This document shows positions 30,739 to 41,841 of a stretch of DNA of 64,000 nt, in pieces. The position numbers and the translations under genes were made by a program. The notes beneath the pieces are model-generated. The model did not search any database, was not told the DNA's origin, and worked only from the letters and a program-made list of their open reading frames with translations. Source of the DNA: an uncultured bacterium (lineage in GTDB: Bacteria > Zhuqueibacterota > QNDG01 > DTFT01); NCBI GenBank assembly GCA_963736115.1, contig CAVTNR010000021.1, forward strand, positions 1-64,000, written 5' to 3'. How positions within the stretch are numbered: the stretch's first letter is position 1; each line of letters opens with the position of its first letter.

Positions 30739-31775
30739 GCGGATTCGGATTCCTTTTCTTTCGGTTCAAGCCGGTTGATGAGACGCCGGATTTCCTTCAT
30801 CCAGCTCGGCAGATGGCGGACCGCCGCCTGGACTCGCATTTCCTCCCGGTGCGGCCTGGCCGGTGACCCCGATATCATGACCCCGCCGGGCACGGACTTA
30901 TCGACCCCCGCCTGGGCGGCGATGGTCGCCCCGTCCCCGACCTGGAGATGGCCGGCGAAACCGGCCTGCCCTCCGATGCGCACGCCCCGGCCGAGAACGG
31001 TGCTTCCGGAAAGCCCGACCTGCGCGGCGATGGCCGCATGCTCACCGATCACGCAGTTGTGCGCGATCTGGATCAGGTTGTCGAGTTTGGCGCCCTTTCG
31101 GATTCGGGTCTCTCCCAGCGTCGCGCGGTCGATGGCCGTGTTGGCCCCGATTTCCACATCGTCCTCGATGACGACCGTGCCGACCTGGGGGATTTTCTGG
31201 TACCGGCCCCCTTCGAACGCGAAGCCGAACCCGTCGCTCCCGACCACCGTGCCGTCGTGAATGATCACGCGGTCCCCGACGACAACCCTTTCCCGCAGGC
31301 TCACATTCGCGTGGATGACGCAGCGCTTCCCGACGGACACGTCGTCTCCGAGCACCGCGCCCGGGAGCAGTTCGGTGCCGTCGCCGATAACACATCGGGC
31401 TCCGACGACCACGCGGGGTCCGATACGCACGTCCGCACCCATCCGGACGCCGTCTCCGACGACGGCCGTGGGATGGACGCCCGGCGCGACAAAGGGTTTT
31501 TCCGGAAAGAATGCGCGGACAATGAGGAGAAACGCGAAATAGGGATTCTCCGCGCGGATAACGGGACGGCCCTCGGGCGCGTCCATGCCTTTCGGCACGA
31601 CGACGGCCGAAGCCTTCGTGGAGGCCAGAAAATGCGCGTATTTGGGATTCGCGACAAAGGTGATCTGGCCCGGGCCCGCATCCTCGATTGTGGCGGGTCC
31701 GGTGATGGTCAGACCGCCGTCCCCGGTCAGCTCCCCCCCGGAGAGAGCCGCCAAATCACGGAGTGTCCGCGTCAT
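30732..31775 (-). CDS. lpxD: UDP-3-O-acyl-glucosamine N-acyltransferase
   Basis: GSDGFGF, KIPQVG, DVEIGANTAIDR, KLDNLIQIAHN. Confidence 0.96.
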   Translation of the reverse strand: MTRTLRDLAALSGGELTGDGGLTITGPATIEDAGPGQITFVANPKYAHFLASTKASAVVVPKGMDAPEGRPVIRAENPYFAFLLIVRAFFPEKPFVAPGVHPTAVVGDGVRMGADVRIGPRVVVGARCVIGDGTELLPGAVLGDDVSVGKRCVIHANVSLRERVVVGDRVIIHDGTVVGSDGFGFAFEGGRYQKIPQVGTVVIEDDVEIGANTAIDRATLGETRIRKGAKLDNLIQIAHNCVIGEHAAIAAQVGLSGSTVLGRGVRIGGQAGFAGHLQVGDGATIAAQAGVDKSVPGGVMISGSPARPHREEMRVQAAVRHLPSWMKEIRRLINRLEPKEKESESAC

Positions 31776-31781
31776 GGCGGT

Positions 31782-32348
31782 TCAGTTTTTGGGCTTGGAC
31801 GCGGCGGCCGAAGAAGCGCTTTCCTTTTCCAGTCTGGCCAGAATGTCCGCGGTCAGGTCATGCGACGGTTTCGCGTAAAGCAGATTTCCGGCCTGCGTGT
31901 CGAAGATGAAATCATAGCTGCCTTCCTCGCCGACCTTGTTGATGATCTCGTTGATCTTGTCAAAAACCGGCTGGAGGAGCTCGCCGCGGCGCTGGAAGAA
32001 CTTGCCCTGGTCGCCCCAGTGATCCTGCTGGTACTGCTGGGCCTTGAGCGCCAGATTCTGAAGTTCCTGGGCGCTTTCACGCTTCTTGGCGTCGGAAAGC
32101 AGGAGGCTCTGCTGTTCCAGCTTCTGCTGCATGGTCTGCAGGTCTTCCTGCATCTTCTGGAGCTCCTGAACCCACTGGGTGTTTTCCCCGTCCAGCTTTT
32201 TCTGCGCGTCCAGGGCGGGGCCGTAACTGGCGAGAATCCTGGGCGAATCGACATAGGCCATTTTAGCCTGTCCTGCGGCGGTTCCGGCCAGGGCCGCTCC
32301 GAGAAGAATCGCGAGAACGCGGGCTTGGGTCTTGGAAAAATGCGACAC
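31782..32348 (-). CDS. skp: OmpH/Skp periplasmic chaperone
   Basis: GTG start after GGAGGA, signal peptide, KMAYVD, coiled coil, YDFIFD..LLYAKP..DLT; lies between bamA and lpxD. Confidence 0.92.
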   Translation of the reverse strand: MSHFSKTQARVLAILLGAALAGTAAGQAKMAYVDSPRILASYGPALDAQKKLDGENTQWVQELQKMQEDLQTMQQKLEQQSLLLSDAKKRESAQELQNLALKAQQYQQDHWGDQGKFFQRRGELLQPVFDKINEIINKVGEEGSYDFIFDTQAGNLLYAKPSHDLTADILARLEKESASSAAASKPKN

Positions 32349-32436
32349 GATGGGTCCTCCTATATGGGTATTCAATTGTTCAGTGCTGTGCGGGCGCAGC
32401 CGCCGGGACGGATCGCGGGACGCCGCGGGCCGCGGC

Positions 32437-34779
32437 TCAGAAACTCCGGCCGAACACAAAATGGGGCTTCCACTTGCCCGTCTTTTCGCCCGTCGCGTTC
32501 ATGTTGTCGAATCCGTAGGCGTAGTCAAAACCGATCATGCCGACCATGGGCATGTAAATGCGCGCGCCGACGCCCACGCTCCGCCGCAGGTTGAAAGGAT
32601 CCGTGTGGCCGAGATCCTTCCATGTGTTGCCGGCCTCGGCGAAGAGCAGGCCGTACATCGTGGGATTTGGGATGATGGGAAACCGGAGCTCGGCGGTTGT
32701 CTTGAACATGGCCTTGCCGCCTTCGGTATCCGTGTAATATCCGTAGCTGTAATAGGAACTGCTGGACAACGGGTCCTCGTATCCGCGCAGGGGCGTGGAC
32801 CGGGAGAGCCCGCTGCCGCCCATGTAGAAATAATCGGTGTACGGAATGCGGCTGTCCGTGTTCAGCCGGTACAGGTGTCCGCCCATGGCCCGGCCCAGCA
32901 GAATCAGCTTGGGCACGAAGGTGGGCATGAAGAATTCCGCGCTGAAAACCTGCTTGATGTACCCGACGTTCCCGCCGAAGGGACCGCCCGCGATCTCGGA
33001 GGTGAGGCTGACCTGGGACCCCCGCGTGGGGAACTCCGGCTGATCCAGGCTGTTCCGTGAAATCACCTGGGTGATGCCGCTGGAGATGAGGGGGTAGTCC
33101 TCCGTGACGATTCCGTTGGGATTCGATTCGACGATGTAATCCTCGAAATCCCCCAGCGAAATCTCGTCGATGCGGTAGATCCAGTCTCCCCGGAAATAGT
33201 TGTCCGGCCAGGAGAGCCGCCTGCCGAAACGGAGCGAGAGCCCCCGGCTGCTCTGGCTGTAGGGGATGTAATAAGCTTCGCTCCGGGTGTCGAACAGATC
33301 GAATCCGACCAGGGTCGGCGTGTTCCGGAACCAGGGCTCGGTGAAGCCGATGTTGAAGGAGCGGTACGACTTTCCGAAATTCCAGTCCAGGGAGAGGCGC
33401 TGGCCGTTTCCGAACAGGTTGTTCATCCCGAGCCCGACGGAGCCGATGAGTTTGTACAGCTCGCTGTACCCGGCCGAAAGATTCGCGGTGTCCGTGGACT
33501 TCTCCTCCACCTTGAAGGAGAGATCCATCTGGTTCTCCCCGACCGGCGTTCCGTCCGGGATGACATTCGCGAAATAGTTGAGCATCATGAGTTCCCGCGC
33601 GCTGCGGACCAGGAGCTCCTTGCTGAACACGTCTCCCGGCTGAATCCGGATCTCGCGTCGAACCACCTTCTCCTTGGTCCGCGTGTTTCCGGAAATGAGG
33701 ATCTTGCGGATGGAGAACGGGTCGCCTTCCAGGATGGCGAAATGGACATCCAGCGTGTCCCCTCCCCGCAGGGTCTCGATGGGATTGATCTGGGCCGAGA
33801 TGTATCCGAGGTCCGAGTAACCGCCGCCGATCTTCTCGCCGACCGTCTTTTCGAATTTCTCCTGGCTGAACAGGTCTCCTTCGGAAAAATCGACCATGCC
33901 GCGGAGCTGGGCTTCCGTGAACAGGGCATTGCCCTCGAAGGTGACGCGGCCGAAATAATACCGAATTCCCTCGATCATCGTGATGTCTATGAACAGATCC
34001 TTCTTCTCCGCATCGTAGTAGAGGGTGTCACCGACCAGTTCGGCGTCGCGGTACCCGTGGTTCCGGTAGAATTCGATCACCTTGTCCTTGTCGGTCTCGA
34101 ATTTTTCCCGGTCGAAATCCCCGCCTTTCAGCCATCCGTCCTGCTTCGTGTCCTTCATCTGCTTGCGGAGCTTCTTGTCCGTGAAGGCCGTGTTGCCGGC
34201 AAACAGGATGCGCTTGATCTGCACCTTGCGGCCTTCGTCGATATGGAGCTTGAGAACGACCCGGCCTTCCTTCTCCGAAGGCTCTTCCGTCACCTCGATC
34301 TGCGCCAGGGTGTATCCCTTCTCGGAATACAGCTTCATCAATTGCTTACGGGCCCTGGCTGTCTGGTTGGGATTCACGACCTGTCCGCGGAAAAGGGAAA
34401 GCTCCTTCTCTATGTCGTCTTTTTTCAGCTTCCGGTTGCCGGAAATCTCCAGCCGTTCCAGCCGGGGATATTCTTCCACCGCTAGGGTCAGGAACACCCC
34501 GTCCGGCGTCCGGATATCCTGGATGATCCGGACATCCGAAAAAATGCCCAAAGCCCAGAGCTGTTTGACGCCGCGCTGTATGTCCTCGGTCGTGACCGTT
34601 GACCCTTCGGTCAGGCCCGAACTGAGTTTGACCACTCCGGCTTCGGATGTCCTGTTGCCTGTGACATTCAGGCCGAGAAGTTTGCCGATTGCGGTTTCCT
34701 GGCTGGAAAGCGGAGACGGACGGCAAATCAGAATCGCGGCCAGGATGAACGCCGCCGGCTTTAATCGAAGTAAAAACAA
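32437..34779 (-). CDS. bamA: Outer-membrane protein assembly factor BamA
   Basis: POTRA repeats (GNTRTKEKVVRRE), NLFGNGQ, LRGY loop-6 motif, terminal F. TTG start at 34779 follows GGAGGA. Confidence 0.95.
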   Translation of the reverse strand: MFLLRLKPAAFILAAILICRPSPLSSQETAIGKLLGLNVTGNRTSEAGVVKLSSGLTEGSTVTTEDIQRGVKQLWALGIFSDVRIIQDIRTPDGVFLTLAVEEYPRLERLEISGNRKLKKDDIEKELSLFRGQVVNPNQTARARKQLMKLYSEKGYTLAQIEVTEEPSEKEGRVVLKLHIDEGRKVQIKRILFAGNTAFTDKKLRKQMKDTKQDGWLKGGDFDREKFETDKDKVIEFYRNHGYRDAELVGDTLYYDAEKKDLFIDITMIEGIRYYFGRVTFEGNALFTEAQLRGMVDFSEGDLFSQEKFEKTVGEKIGGGYSDLGYISAQINPIETLRGGDTLDVHFAILEGDPFSIRKILISGNTRTKEKVVRREIRIQPGDVFSKELLVRSARELMMLNYFANVIPDGTPVGENQMDLSFKVEEKSTDTANLSAGYSELYKLIGSVGLGMNNLFGNGQRLSLDWNFGKSYRSFNIGFTEPWFRNTPTLVGFDLFDTRSEAYYIPYSQSSRGLSLRFGRRLSWPDNYFRGDWIYRIDEISLGDFEDYIVESNPNGIVTEDYPLISSGITQVISRNSLDQPEFPTRGSQVSLTSEIAGGPFGGNVGYIKQVFSAEFFMPTFVPKLILLGRAMGGHLYRLNTDSRIPYTDYFYMGGSGLSRSTPLRGYEDPLSSSSYYSYGYYTDTEGGKAMFKTTAELRFPIIPNPTMYGLLFAEAGNTWKDLGHTDPFNLRRSVGVGARIYMPMVGMIGFDYAYGFDNMNATGEKTGKWKPHFVFGRSF

Positions 34780-34802
34780 TGTTCCTCCAGATGCAATCTT
34801 AT

Positions 34803-34830
34803 AGTATACAAAATTTTTCAATAATTGCAA
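34803..34830 (-). promoter_or_regulatory. Putative sigma70 promoter of bamA
   Basis: TTGCAA (34830-34825), 16 nt, TATACT (34808-34803) in an AT-rich gap. Confidence 0.55.
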
Positions 34831-34842
34831 AGAAAAAAGCGC

Positions 34843-37800
34843 CTAGAACGGAAAAACGTGCCTCAGCCATATCCTTTTATCTTCACGTCTCTCATAGAGG
34901 AGCAGATTATCGTAAGTGTACTCCAACTCCAGCATTAACTCGGGTTTAACTATATATTCAAGCGCCAGCGCATGCCGCAGGCCGATTCCATGCTGGGGTA
35001 GCACGAAACGCAGGTCATTCTGCACCTCCCCGGTGTATACAATCATGAACCCGGGCGTAAAGGATTTGCCGAGCATCACTTTCGAATTGCGGAGCAGAAG
35101 CCTCGGATCGAAAACCGGCGTTTCCATGGTCTGAAGGTCCAGAAGGTTCCGGCTGAACATGGATGAAAACTTGACCATGTCGAAACCCAGATACCGCCGC
35201 ATGCCCCTTTCGATCGGCTTGATAAAAGGTCTGAACAGCCTGTTTTCAACCTGCATGCCGATCGCATCATAGGCCCGGTTCCGGATATTCCCCTCGGAAT
35301 AACCGATGGCCGCCAAAAGGTCGGCTTCGGAGCGGCCCAGATTGGGATTGTCCGTGGAAAACCGGAACTGGACCTTTTTCCAGGGTCCTCCTTTCTCCTC
35401 GATGCCGGTCTCCTCATTCACCGAAACCAGGTTCATATAAACGGTTGAAGCGATGCCGAGCGAATCGACTACTGTGGTACTGGCCCGGCCCGTGAATATC
35501 GGCGATCCGCCTCTGGGGTACTCGAAGGTCAGCCGTTCGGGCCTGAAATACCGGTCCAGCACTTCGATGGTGCCCTCGTCCGAGACCAGGTTGCCGTACA
35601 CCTGAAACGTGTCGTCCTGGATGCGCCCCTCGATGGAAAAACTTCCGGTCGCATCCTGTATCCGCAAATCCACGTACACATTGCCGAACGGTCCTTCCAT
35701 GTCGCGAATGTAGTGAACGTCCTTTTTCGGGACGATGCGGATGTTCCAGCGTATGCTTTTCAGGAGCCGGTTCAGGCCTGGGCTTGCGTTTCCGCCTGAC
35801 GCTTCCAGAAACGGATACGTCAGCTGGTTTTCGCTCACCTGAAGCACGCCGCGAAGAAGAGGAGATTCCGGCGGACCGGCCAGGAGGAAGGGCCCGGCCT
35901 GATGGCCGCTGAAAGCGAGCCATCCCTGTTCGCCCTCGGCCATCAGGCCGGGGATATGAAGGGGGATGCCCTTGCCCCGGGTCGACAGCCCCAGCACGCC
36001 GAGGTTCAGTCCCATGAATTTGAAGCGAAGCGGCGCTTCGCCGGGCTGAGACGGGTCCGGATTCCGGTTGCTGATCTGGAAACGGCCGCCCCGCATTTCG
36101 CCCGAGCACCGCACGATTTGGAGAAGCGAGTCTCCCTCGCCGATCACGGCTTCAAGGCTGAGCCTCCGGATGCGTTCGATGACCGAGGCAAACTCGATGT
36201 CCGCGTCTTCCAGGCGTACCCATCCTGATTTGATAACCGGGCGGTCCGGCCGGCCGGCCAGTCCCAGCCGGAATTCGCCGCGGCTGCGTACTTTTCTGAA
36301 GAAATCATCCGTCTCCGGGAGAAAACCGAGTATGGGCCCGCTGCCGGAAATCTGCAGGTCCAGGGGCCCGTCATGCGGCACCGCCCCCTCGAACTGCACG
36401 GCCAGTCCGTCCTCCCGGTCCAGGTGGCCGTCCCGTACCGACAGCCTTCCGCCGCTGAACCGTCCGTTCCGGAGAAGGGTATCCTCGAGGGTCACGCCGA
36501 ATTTCTTGAATCCGACCGTTCCGATTGCGCCTTCGCCGGTTTCGAGACGGGCGGAAATCACGGGAGTATCCCGCCTTCCTGAAACCCGGACCCGAACCGA
36601 GGCCCGGCCGTTGAGCAGGCGCTCCCGGCCCGTCATGGCCTGAAAGAGTTCCGCGAGATCCAGAGATCCGCTCTGGATTTCCCCTTTCAGGGAATCCCCT
36701 CCCGCGGGTTTTACCGATCCGAGCAGAAGCGGAATGCGCTCCCGGTTCAGAGACACTTCGAATGCGTTCAGGCCGTTTCTCCGCCAGCTCGCGGAAATGT
36801 CGCCGTCTATCCGTCCGACCCGGTGAAAAACGCCGTCCCGCAGAGAAAGATCGAGACTGTATTCCGGTTCTTTTACGGGCCCTCGTATGGAAAGGCGTCC
36901 GTTCATCCTGCCGAAGAAGGGGCTCAGCCGCGGGAAAGCCGCGTGCAGCCTGTCCAGCTTCAGATTCTGTATTTGGATGCGGCCATCCCAGGAGCCGCCG
37001 GAATCCCGGCCGGGTATGCGCATCGATGCGGAAATGAAATCCCCGATGATCAGACGCTGAACGAGTGTTTCCGCGGGCGACAGCAGGAATTCACCTCCGA
37101 ACGGAAGCCCTTCGCCCGAGGGACCGGCATAACGGCCGCTGACGGAAACCTGCTGTCTGCCGCGCCCCTTCGGCCGGCCTTCCGCCTGACTGAAAAAACG
37201 CTGGCGGCTTGCCGGGCCGGCCTTCTCGATGCCGGTCACTGTTGCCGTCCACCGGTCCGCGCCTGCTTCGGCCCTGCCGTCCAGGCGGATGCTGTCCGGC
37301 TGGATGCCGTCCGAGAAACGGGAAGCGAGCCACTCCAGGCCGGCCGCCTGCATGTCCCATTCCGATTCAGCGCCGAAAGGACGGCGGAAACTGCCGGTGA
37401 TGCGGAGCCCTTCCGCGGAGCGGACGAACAGAACGCCCGCGGTCTCGCGGTAATAGGCGTCGGAATGCACGGTCATGGGCTCGCCGGACTTGGGCCGGAA
37501 CACCAGGCGGGCGGACAGATTCCCGTGAAGATTCGAGAGCGGGCCGGACAGGTGCAGGCCTGCTTCGCAGGCGAGGGCGCTGAGTTTGTCCGCCGCAACG
37601 GACGGAAGGGAGCCGCGGCCGTCCCCGTCCAGCCGGAGCTTGAAATCGGACGGTCTGTCCGGCGAGTCGAAACGGATGCCACCCTCCGCGCTCAGGTTCA
37701 GGCCCTCCGGATTCTCCGCGCTCCCGGCCATCCTCAGAACGCTGTCGGACAGCTGAACGGTCAGGCGAAGTTGCCGGAAAAATGTCCCGAATTCCCGGAG

Positions 37801-38907
37801 CCCGGAAGCCCGCACCGTTCCGCGTATGTCCGGATTCGTGACCGCTCCGGACACGGTCACCGTAAAAGTCGCGCTTTCCGCGGATGGAACCGCGGAGGAC
37901 GATCCCATTTCCGAAAAGAAACGCTTCACGTCCAGGGCCGGACACCGGACGATGAGACTGCATTCCGGCTGGAGAATCGAGCGGATCTCCCCCTGTATCG
38001 TCAGCCGCGAACCATTGAATCGTTCCACGATTCCGGACACAGCCAGACCGTCCTCCTTGAAGCGGCCGTGCAGATTCACGCCGGAGAAACGCAGGGCCGC
38101 GCCTTTCAGGGAAAAATCGCCGTTGATATAATCGAGAAATCCCTTCAAGCCGGTTTTTTCGTCGTACTGGCACTCGCATTTGACGTGCCCGCCGCGGATT
38201 TCCGAGAAGGAGGGAAAAAGGGAGGTCAGATTGGAGGATGGATCCGATTCATCCAGACGCAGGAGCAGGCGCCGGACTCGGCCCGACAGAATATCCAACC
38301 GGCCGCTGAGGTCCAGATTGCGGCTTTTCGAATCGAACAGGTTCCCGGACAGCCGGACGGCCGCCGAATCCGCGGGGGTCGTAATCAGGACGCCGTCCAT
38401 GGAAGTGGCGACCGGCGTCCACCCGCCCGACTCGTTCTGAATCTGAATTTCGGCTCCGGCGATGGTGACGCGCTGTATGGATCCGATCGATTCAACGGTT
38501 TCACGGTAATCGGACCACGACTTGCCTTTAGTCCCGGACTCGGCCGCTTCTTCGGGCCGCTTCAGCTTGAGGACGGGCCGCACGAACACGACATCGTGCG
38601 CCACCTTGCCGGGATTCAGCCGGTAGCGGAGGAGGTTCCGCAGGTTGTAACCCACCTGCAGTTCCTCCATCTCCAGGATGAACGAGCGGTCCCTGGGCAC
38701 GAGCGTGACGCCTTCGAGATAAACCCGTCCCCATCCGATTTTGACGTTCCGGACATCCGACCCTTCGGACAAAAAAGGCCGCACTTTTTCAAGTAGCAGC
38801 CCCTTGATTTTTTCATCGGTCCTGTTGAGCTTCCACACCCCGTAACCGCCGAGGTAGCCGACGAGCAGCAGAAGCATCAGGACGAGGACCCATTTTCGCT
38901 TGCGCAT
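34843..38907 (-). CDS. Large TamB/AsmA-like protein (1354 aa)
   Basis: Single N-terminal TM anchor, then long Gly-rich repetitive beta-strand content (GAVTNPDIRG, GPVKEPEYS, GRRDTPVIS, GRPDRPVIK, GPPESPLLRG) as in beta-taco proteins; directly upstream of bamA. Confidence 0.65.
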   Translation of the reverse strand: MRKRKWVLVLMLLLLVGYLGGYGVWKLNRTDEKIKGLLLEKVRPFLSEGSDVRNVKIGWGRVYLEGVTLVPRDRSFILEMEELQVGYNLRNLLRYRLNPGKVAHDVVFVRPVLKLKRPEEAAESGTKGKSWSDYRETVESIGSIQRVTIAGAEIQIQNESGGWTPVATSMDGVLITTPADSAAVRLSGNLFDSKSRNLDLSGRLDILSGRVRRLLLRLDESDPSSNLTSLFPSFSEIRGGHVKCECQYDEKTGLKGFLDYINGDFSLKGAALRFSGVNLHGRFKEDGLAVSGIVERFNGSRLTIQGEIRSILQPECSLIVRCPALDVKRFFSEMGSSSAVPSAESATFTVTVSGAVTNPDIRGTVRASGLREFGTFFRQLRLTVQLSDSVLRMAGSAENPEGLNLSAEGGIRFDSPDRPSDFKLRLDGDGRGSLPSVAADKLSALACEAGLHLSGPLSNLHGNLSARLVFRPKSGEPMTVHSDAYYRETAGVLFVRSAEGLRITGSFRRPFGAESEWDMQAAGLEWLASRFSDGIQPDSIRLDGRAEAGADRWTATVTGIEKAGPASRQRFFSQAEGRPKGRGRQQVSVSGRYAGPSGEGLPFGGEFLLSPAETLVQRLIIGDFISASMRIPGRDSGGSWDGRIQIQNLKLDRLHAAFPRLSPFFGRMNGRLSIRGPVKEPEYSLDLSLRDGVFHRVGRIDGDISASWRRNGLNAFEVSLNRERIPLLLGSVKPAGGDSLKGEIQSGSLDLAELFQAMTGRERLLNGRASVRVRVSGRRDTPVISARLETGEGAIGTVGFKKFGVTLEDTLLRNGRFSGGRLSVRDGHLDREDGLAVQFEGAVPHDGPLDLQISGSGPILGFLPETDDFFRKVRSRGEFRLGLAGRPDRPVIKSGWVRLEDADIEFASVIERIRRLSLEAVIGEGDSLLQIVRCSGEMRGGRFQISNRNPDPSQPGEAPLRFKFMGLNLGVLGLSTRGKGIPLHIPGLMAEGEQGWLAFSGHQAGPFLLAGPPESPLLRGVLQVSENQLTYPFLEASGGNASPGLNRLLKSIRWNIRIVPKKDVHYIRDMEGPFGNVYVDLRIQDATGSFSIEGRIQDDTFQVYGNLVSDEGTIEVLDRYFRPERLTFEYPRGGSPIFTGRASTTVVDSLGIASTVYMNLVSVNEETGIEEKGGPWKKVQFRFSTDNPNLGRSEADLLAAIGYSEGNIRNRAYDAIGMQVENRLFRPFIKPIERGMRRYLGFDMVKFSSMFSRNLLDLQTMETPVFDPRLLLRNSKVMLGKSFTPGFMIVYTGEVQNDLRFVLPQHGIGLRHALALEYIVKPELMLELEYTYDNLLLYERREDKRIWLRHVFPF

Positions 38908-39013
38908 GAAAGGATCTGGCCCCGGGGATTATATAATGATTAGACGTTGCGGAGACCGGCAGGTTCCCGGAAAACAGGCTGTCCGCCAGCCGGATGAAGG
39001 CCCCGCCGCCGGA

Positions 39014-39781
39014 TCAGGAGCGGCCGGGCGGGCTGCTCAGTTGTTCGCTGACCTTGCCGAAGCGTCTCTCCCTGCGGCGGTAGCTCTCAACGGCTTCGAG
39101 CAGGTGGGATCCCCTGAAGTCCGGCCAGAGCACGTCGGTCACGTAAATTTCGGTGTACGCCAGCTGCCAGAGAAGAAAATTGGAAATGCGGAGTTCCCCG
39201 CTGGTCCGGATCAGGAGGTCGGGGTCCGGCATCCCGGCCGTGTACAGGTGATCCTGAACCGTCCCGCCGCTGATGGTTTCCGGATCGAGGCGGCCTTCCC
39301 TGACCTGACCGGCGATGCTCCGGACGGCGCGGACCAGTTCCTCGCGGCCGCCGTAATTCAGGGCGAGATTCAGATTGAGCCCGGTGTTGGAACGCGTGGC
39401 TTCGATGGCCTTTTCCATGCCCTGGGCCGCGCCTTCCGGAAGGCGGCCGAATTCTCCGATCACGGTGAGCCGCACATTGTTCTTCACCAGGTCCGTGATT
39501 TCCTTCTGAATCGTCCTGAGCAGAAGCTTCATGAGCGCGGAAACTTCATCCGCCGGCCTCCGCCAGTTCTCGGTCGAGAATGTGTACAGTGTCAGGACCT
39601 CGATGCCGAGTTCGCCGCAGGCTTCCACAACAGCCCGCACGGAACGGATGCCTTCGCGATGCCCCATGACCCTGGGCAGGCCCCGCTTTTTCGCCCAGCG
39701 GCCGTTGCCGTCCATGATGATCGCGACATGGCGGGGATTCCCTTCCTTCGGTCCGGTCTGGCCGGAACGGGGACGGTTCAT
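39014..39781 (-). CDS. uppS: Undecaprenyl diphosphate synthase
   Basis: HVAIIMDGNGRWA, FSTENWRRP, PDLLIRTSGELRISNFLLWQ. Confidence 0.97.
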   Translation of the reverse strand: MNRPRSGQTGPKEGNPRHVAIIMDGNGRWAKKRGLPRVMGHREGIRSVRAVVEACGELGIEVLTLYTFSTENWRRPADEVSALMKLLLRTIQKEITDLVKNNVRLTVIGEFGRLPEGAAQGMEKAIEATRSNTGLNLNLALNYGGREELVRAVRSIAGQVREGRLDPETISGGTVQDHLYTAGMPDPDLLIRTSGELRISNFLLWQLAYTEIYVTDVLWPDFRGSHLLEAVESYRRRERRFGKVSEQLSSPPGRS

Positions 39782-39816
39782 AAAGCGCTCCTGAAAAATC
39801 GATCTAAGGACTAGTC

Positions 39817-39845
39817 AAATTATCATTTTACGGCATGAATGTCAA
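39817..39845 (-). promoter_or_regulatory. Sigma70 promoter of uppS
   Basis: TTGACA (39845-39840), 17 nt ending in TGA (extended -10), TAATTT (39822-39817). Confidence 0.65.
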
Positions 39846-39859
39846 GCGGTTCTTTTGGG

Positions 39860-39888
39860 TTGACAAACCCTTCAAAATGTTTTACTTT
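39860..39888 (+). promoter_or_regulatory. Sigma70 promoter of the moxR operon
   Basis: TTGACA (39860-39865), 17 nt, TACTTT (39883-39888). Confidence 0.65.
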
Positions 39889-39933
39889 TCTGCATCACTC
39901 AAATTCCCCGGTCCCCCCAATCCGGAGCAAGGC

Positions 39934-40934
<1,001 letters not shown>

Positions 40935-40938
<4 letters not shown>

Positions 40939-41840
40939 AAAGCCCGGAGGACAGCCGCCGCTTCCTGCGGCCCGAAATCGTTTCGCGGATTTCGCGGATG
41001 GACCTGGTCGCAAGACTCGTGGTCGAGGGATTCATCACCGGCCTGCACCGGAGCCCGTACCACGGATTCTCCGTCGAATTTTCGGAACTCCGGCCCTATC
41101 TGCCCGGAGAGACCACCCGGCACATCGACTGGAAACTCTGGGGACGCACCGACCGGTACTACGTGAAGCGTTACGAAGAGGAAACCAATCTCAAGGCCTA
41201 CCTGCTCCTCGACGCCTCCGCTTCCATGGGATTCTCATCCGGATCCGTCACCAAGCTTTATTACGCCCAGGTCCTGGCCGCCAGCCTGGCCTTTCTCATG
41301 CTGCGGCAGAGGGACGCCGTTGGGCTTGTCACGTTCGACGAGAAGATCAGGGCCTTTCTCCCGCCGCGGTCCGTTCCCTCCTACCTGCACGTACTCCTCG
41401 CGGAAATGGAGAAAACAGCACCGTCCGGCGAAACCGCGATCTCGGTTCTGTTCCACCGCCTGGCCGAGCGGCTGAAACGGCGCGGCCTGGTCGTCATTTT
41501 TTCCGACCTGCTGGACGATCCGGACGCGGTGCTCGCGGCCCTGAAGCATTTCCGCCACCAGAAGCACGAAGTGATCGTATTCCACATTCTCGATCCGCTC
41601 GAAAAATCACTGGACTTCCGTTCAGATACACTTTTCGTGGACGCGGAAACCGGCGAACGGCTCCACGCGGATCCGAGAAGCCTGGGCGACGCGTACCGCG
41701 ATTCGATGCGCCTGTTCTCGGAGCGGATCCGCCGGGAATGCCGCGCCGCGGACATCGATTACGCGGCGATCGAAACGTCCCAGCCCTTCGACGCCGCGCT
41801 GTTCCGGTACCTGACCCGCCGCAAGCGGATGGGAGGCTGA
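40935..41840 (+). CDS. DUF58 (vWA-like) MoxR partner protein
   Basis: GLHRSPYHGFSVEFSELRPY, HIDWK, VKRYEEETN, LDASASM, IFSDLL. Confidence 0.92.
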
Positions 41841-41841
41841 C

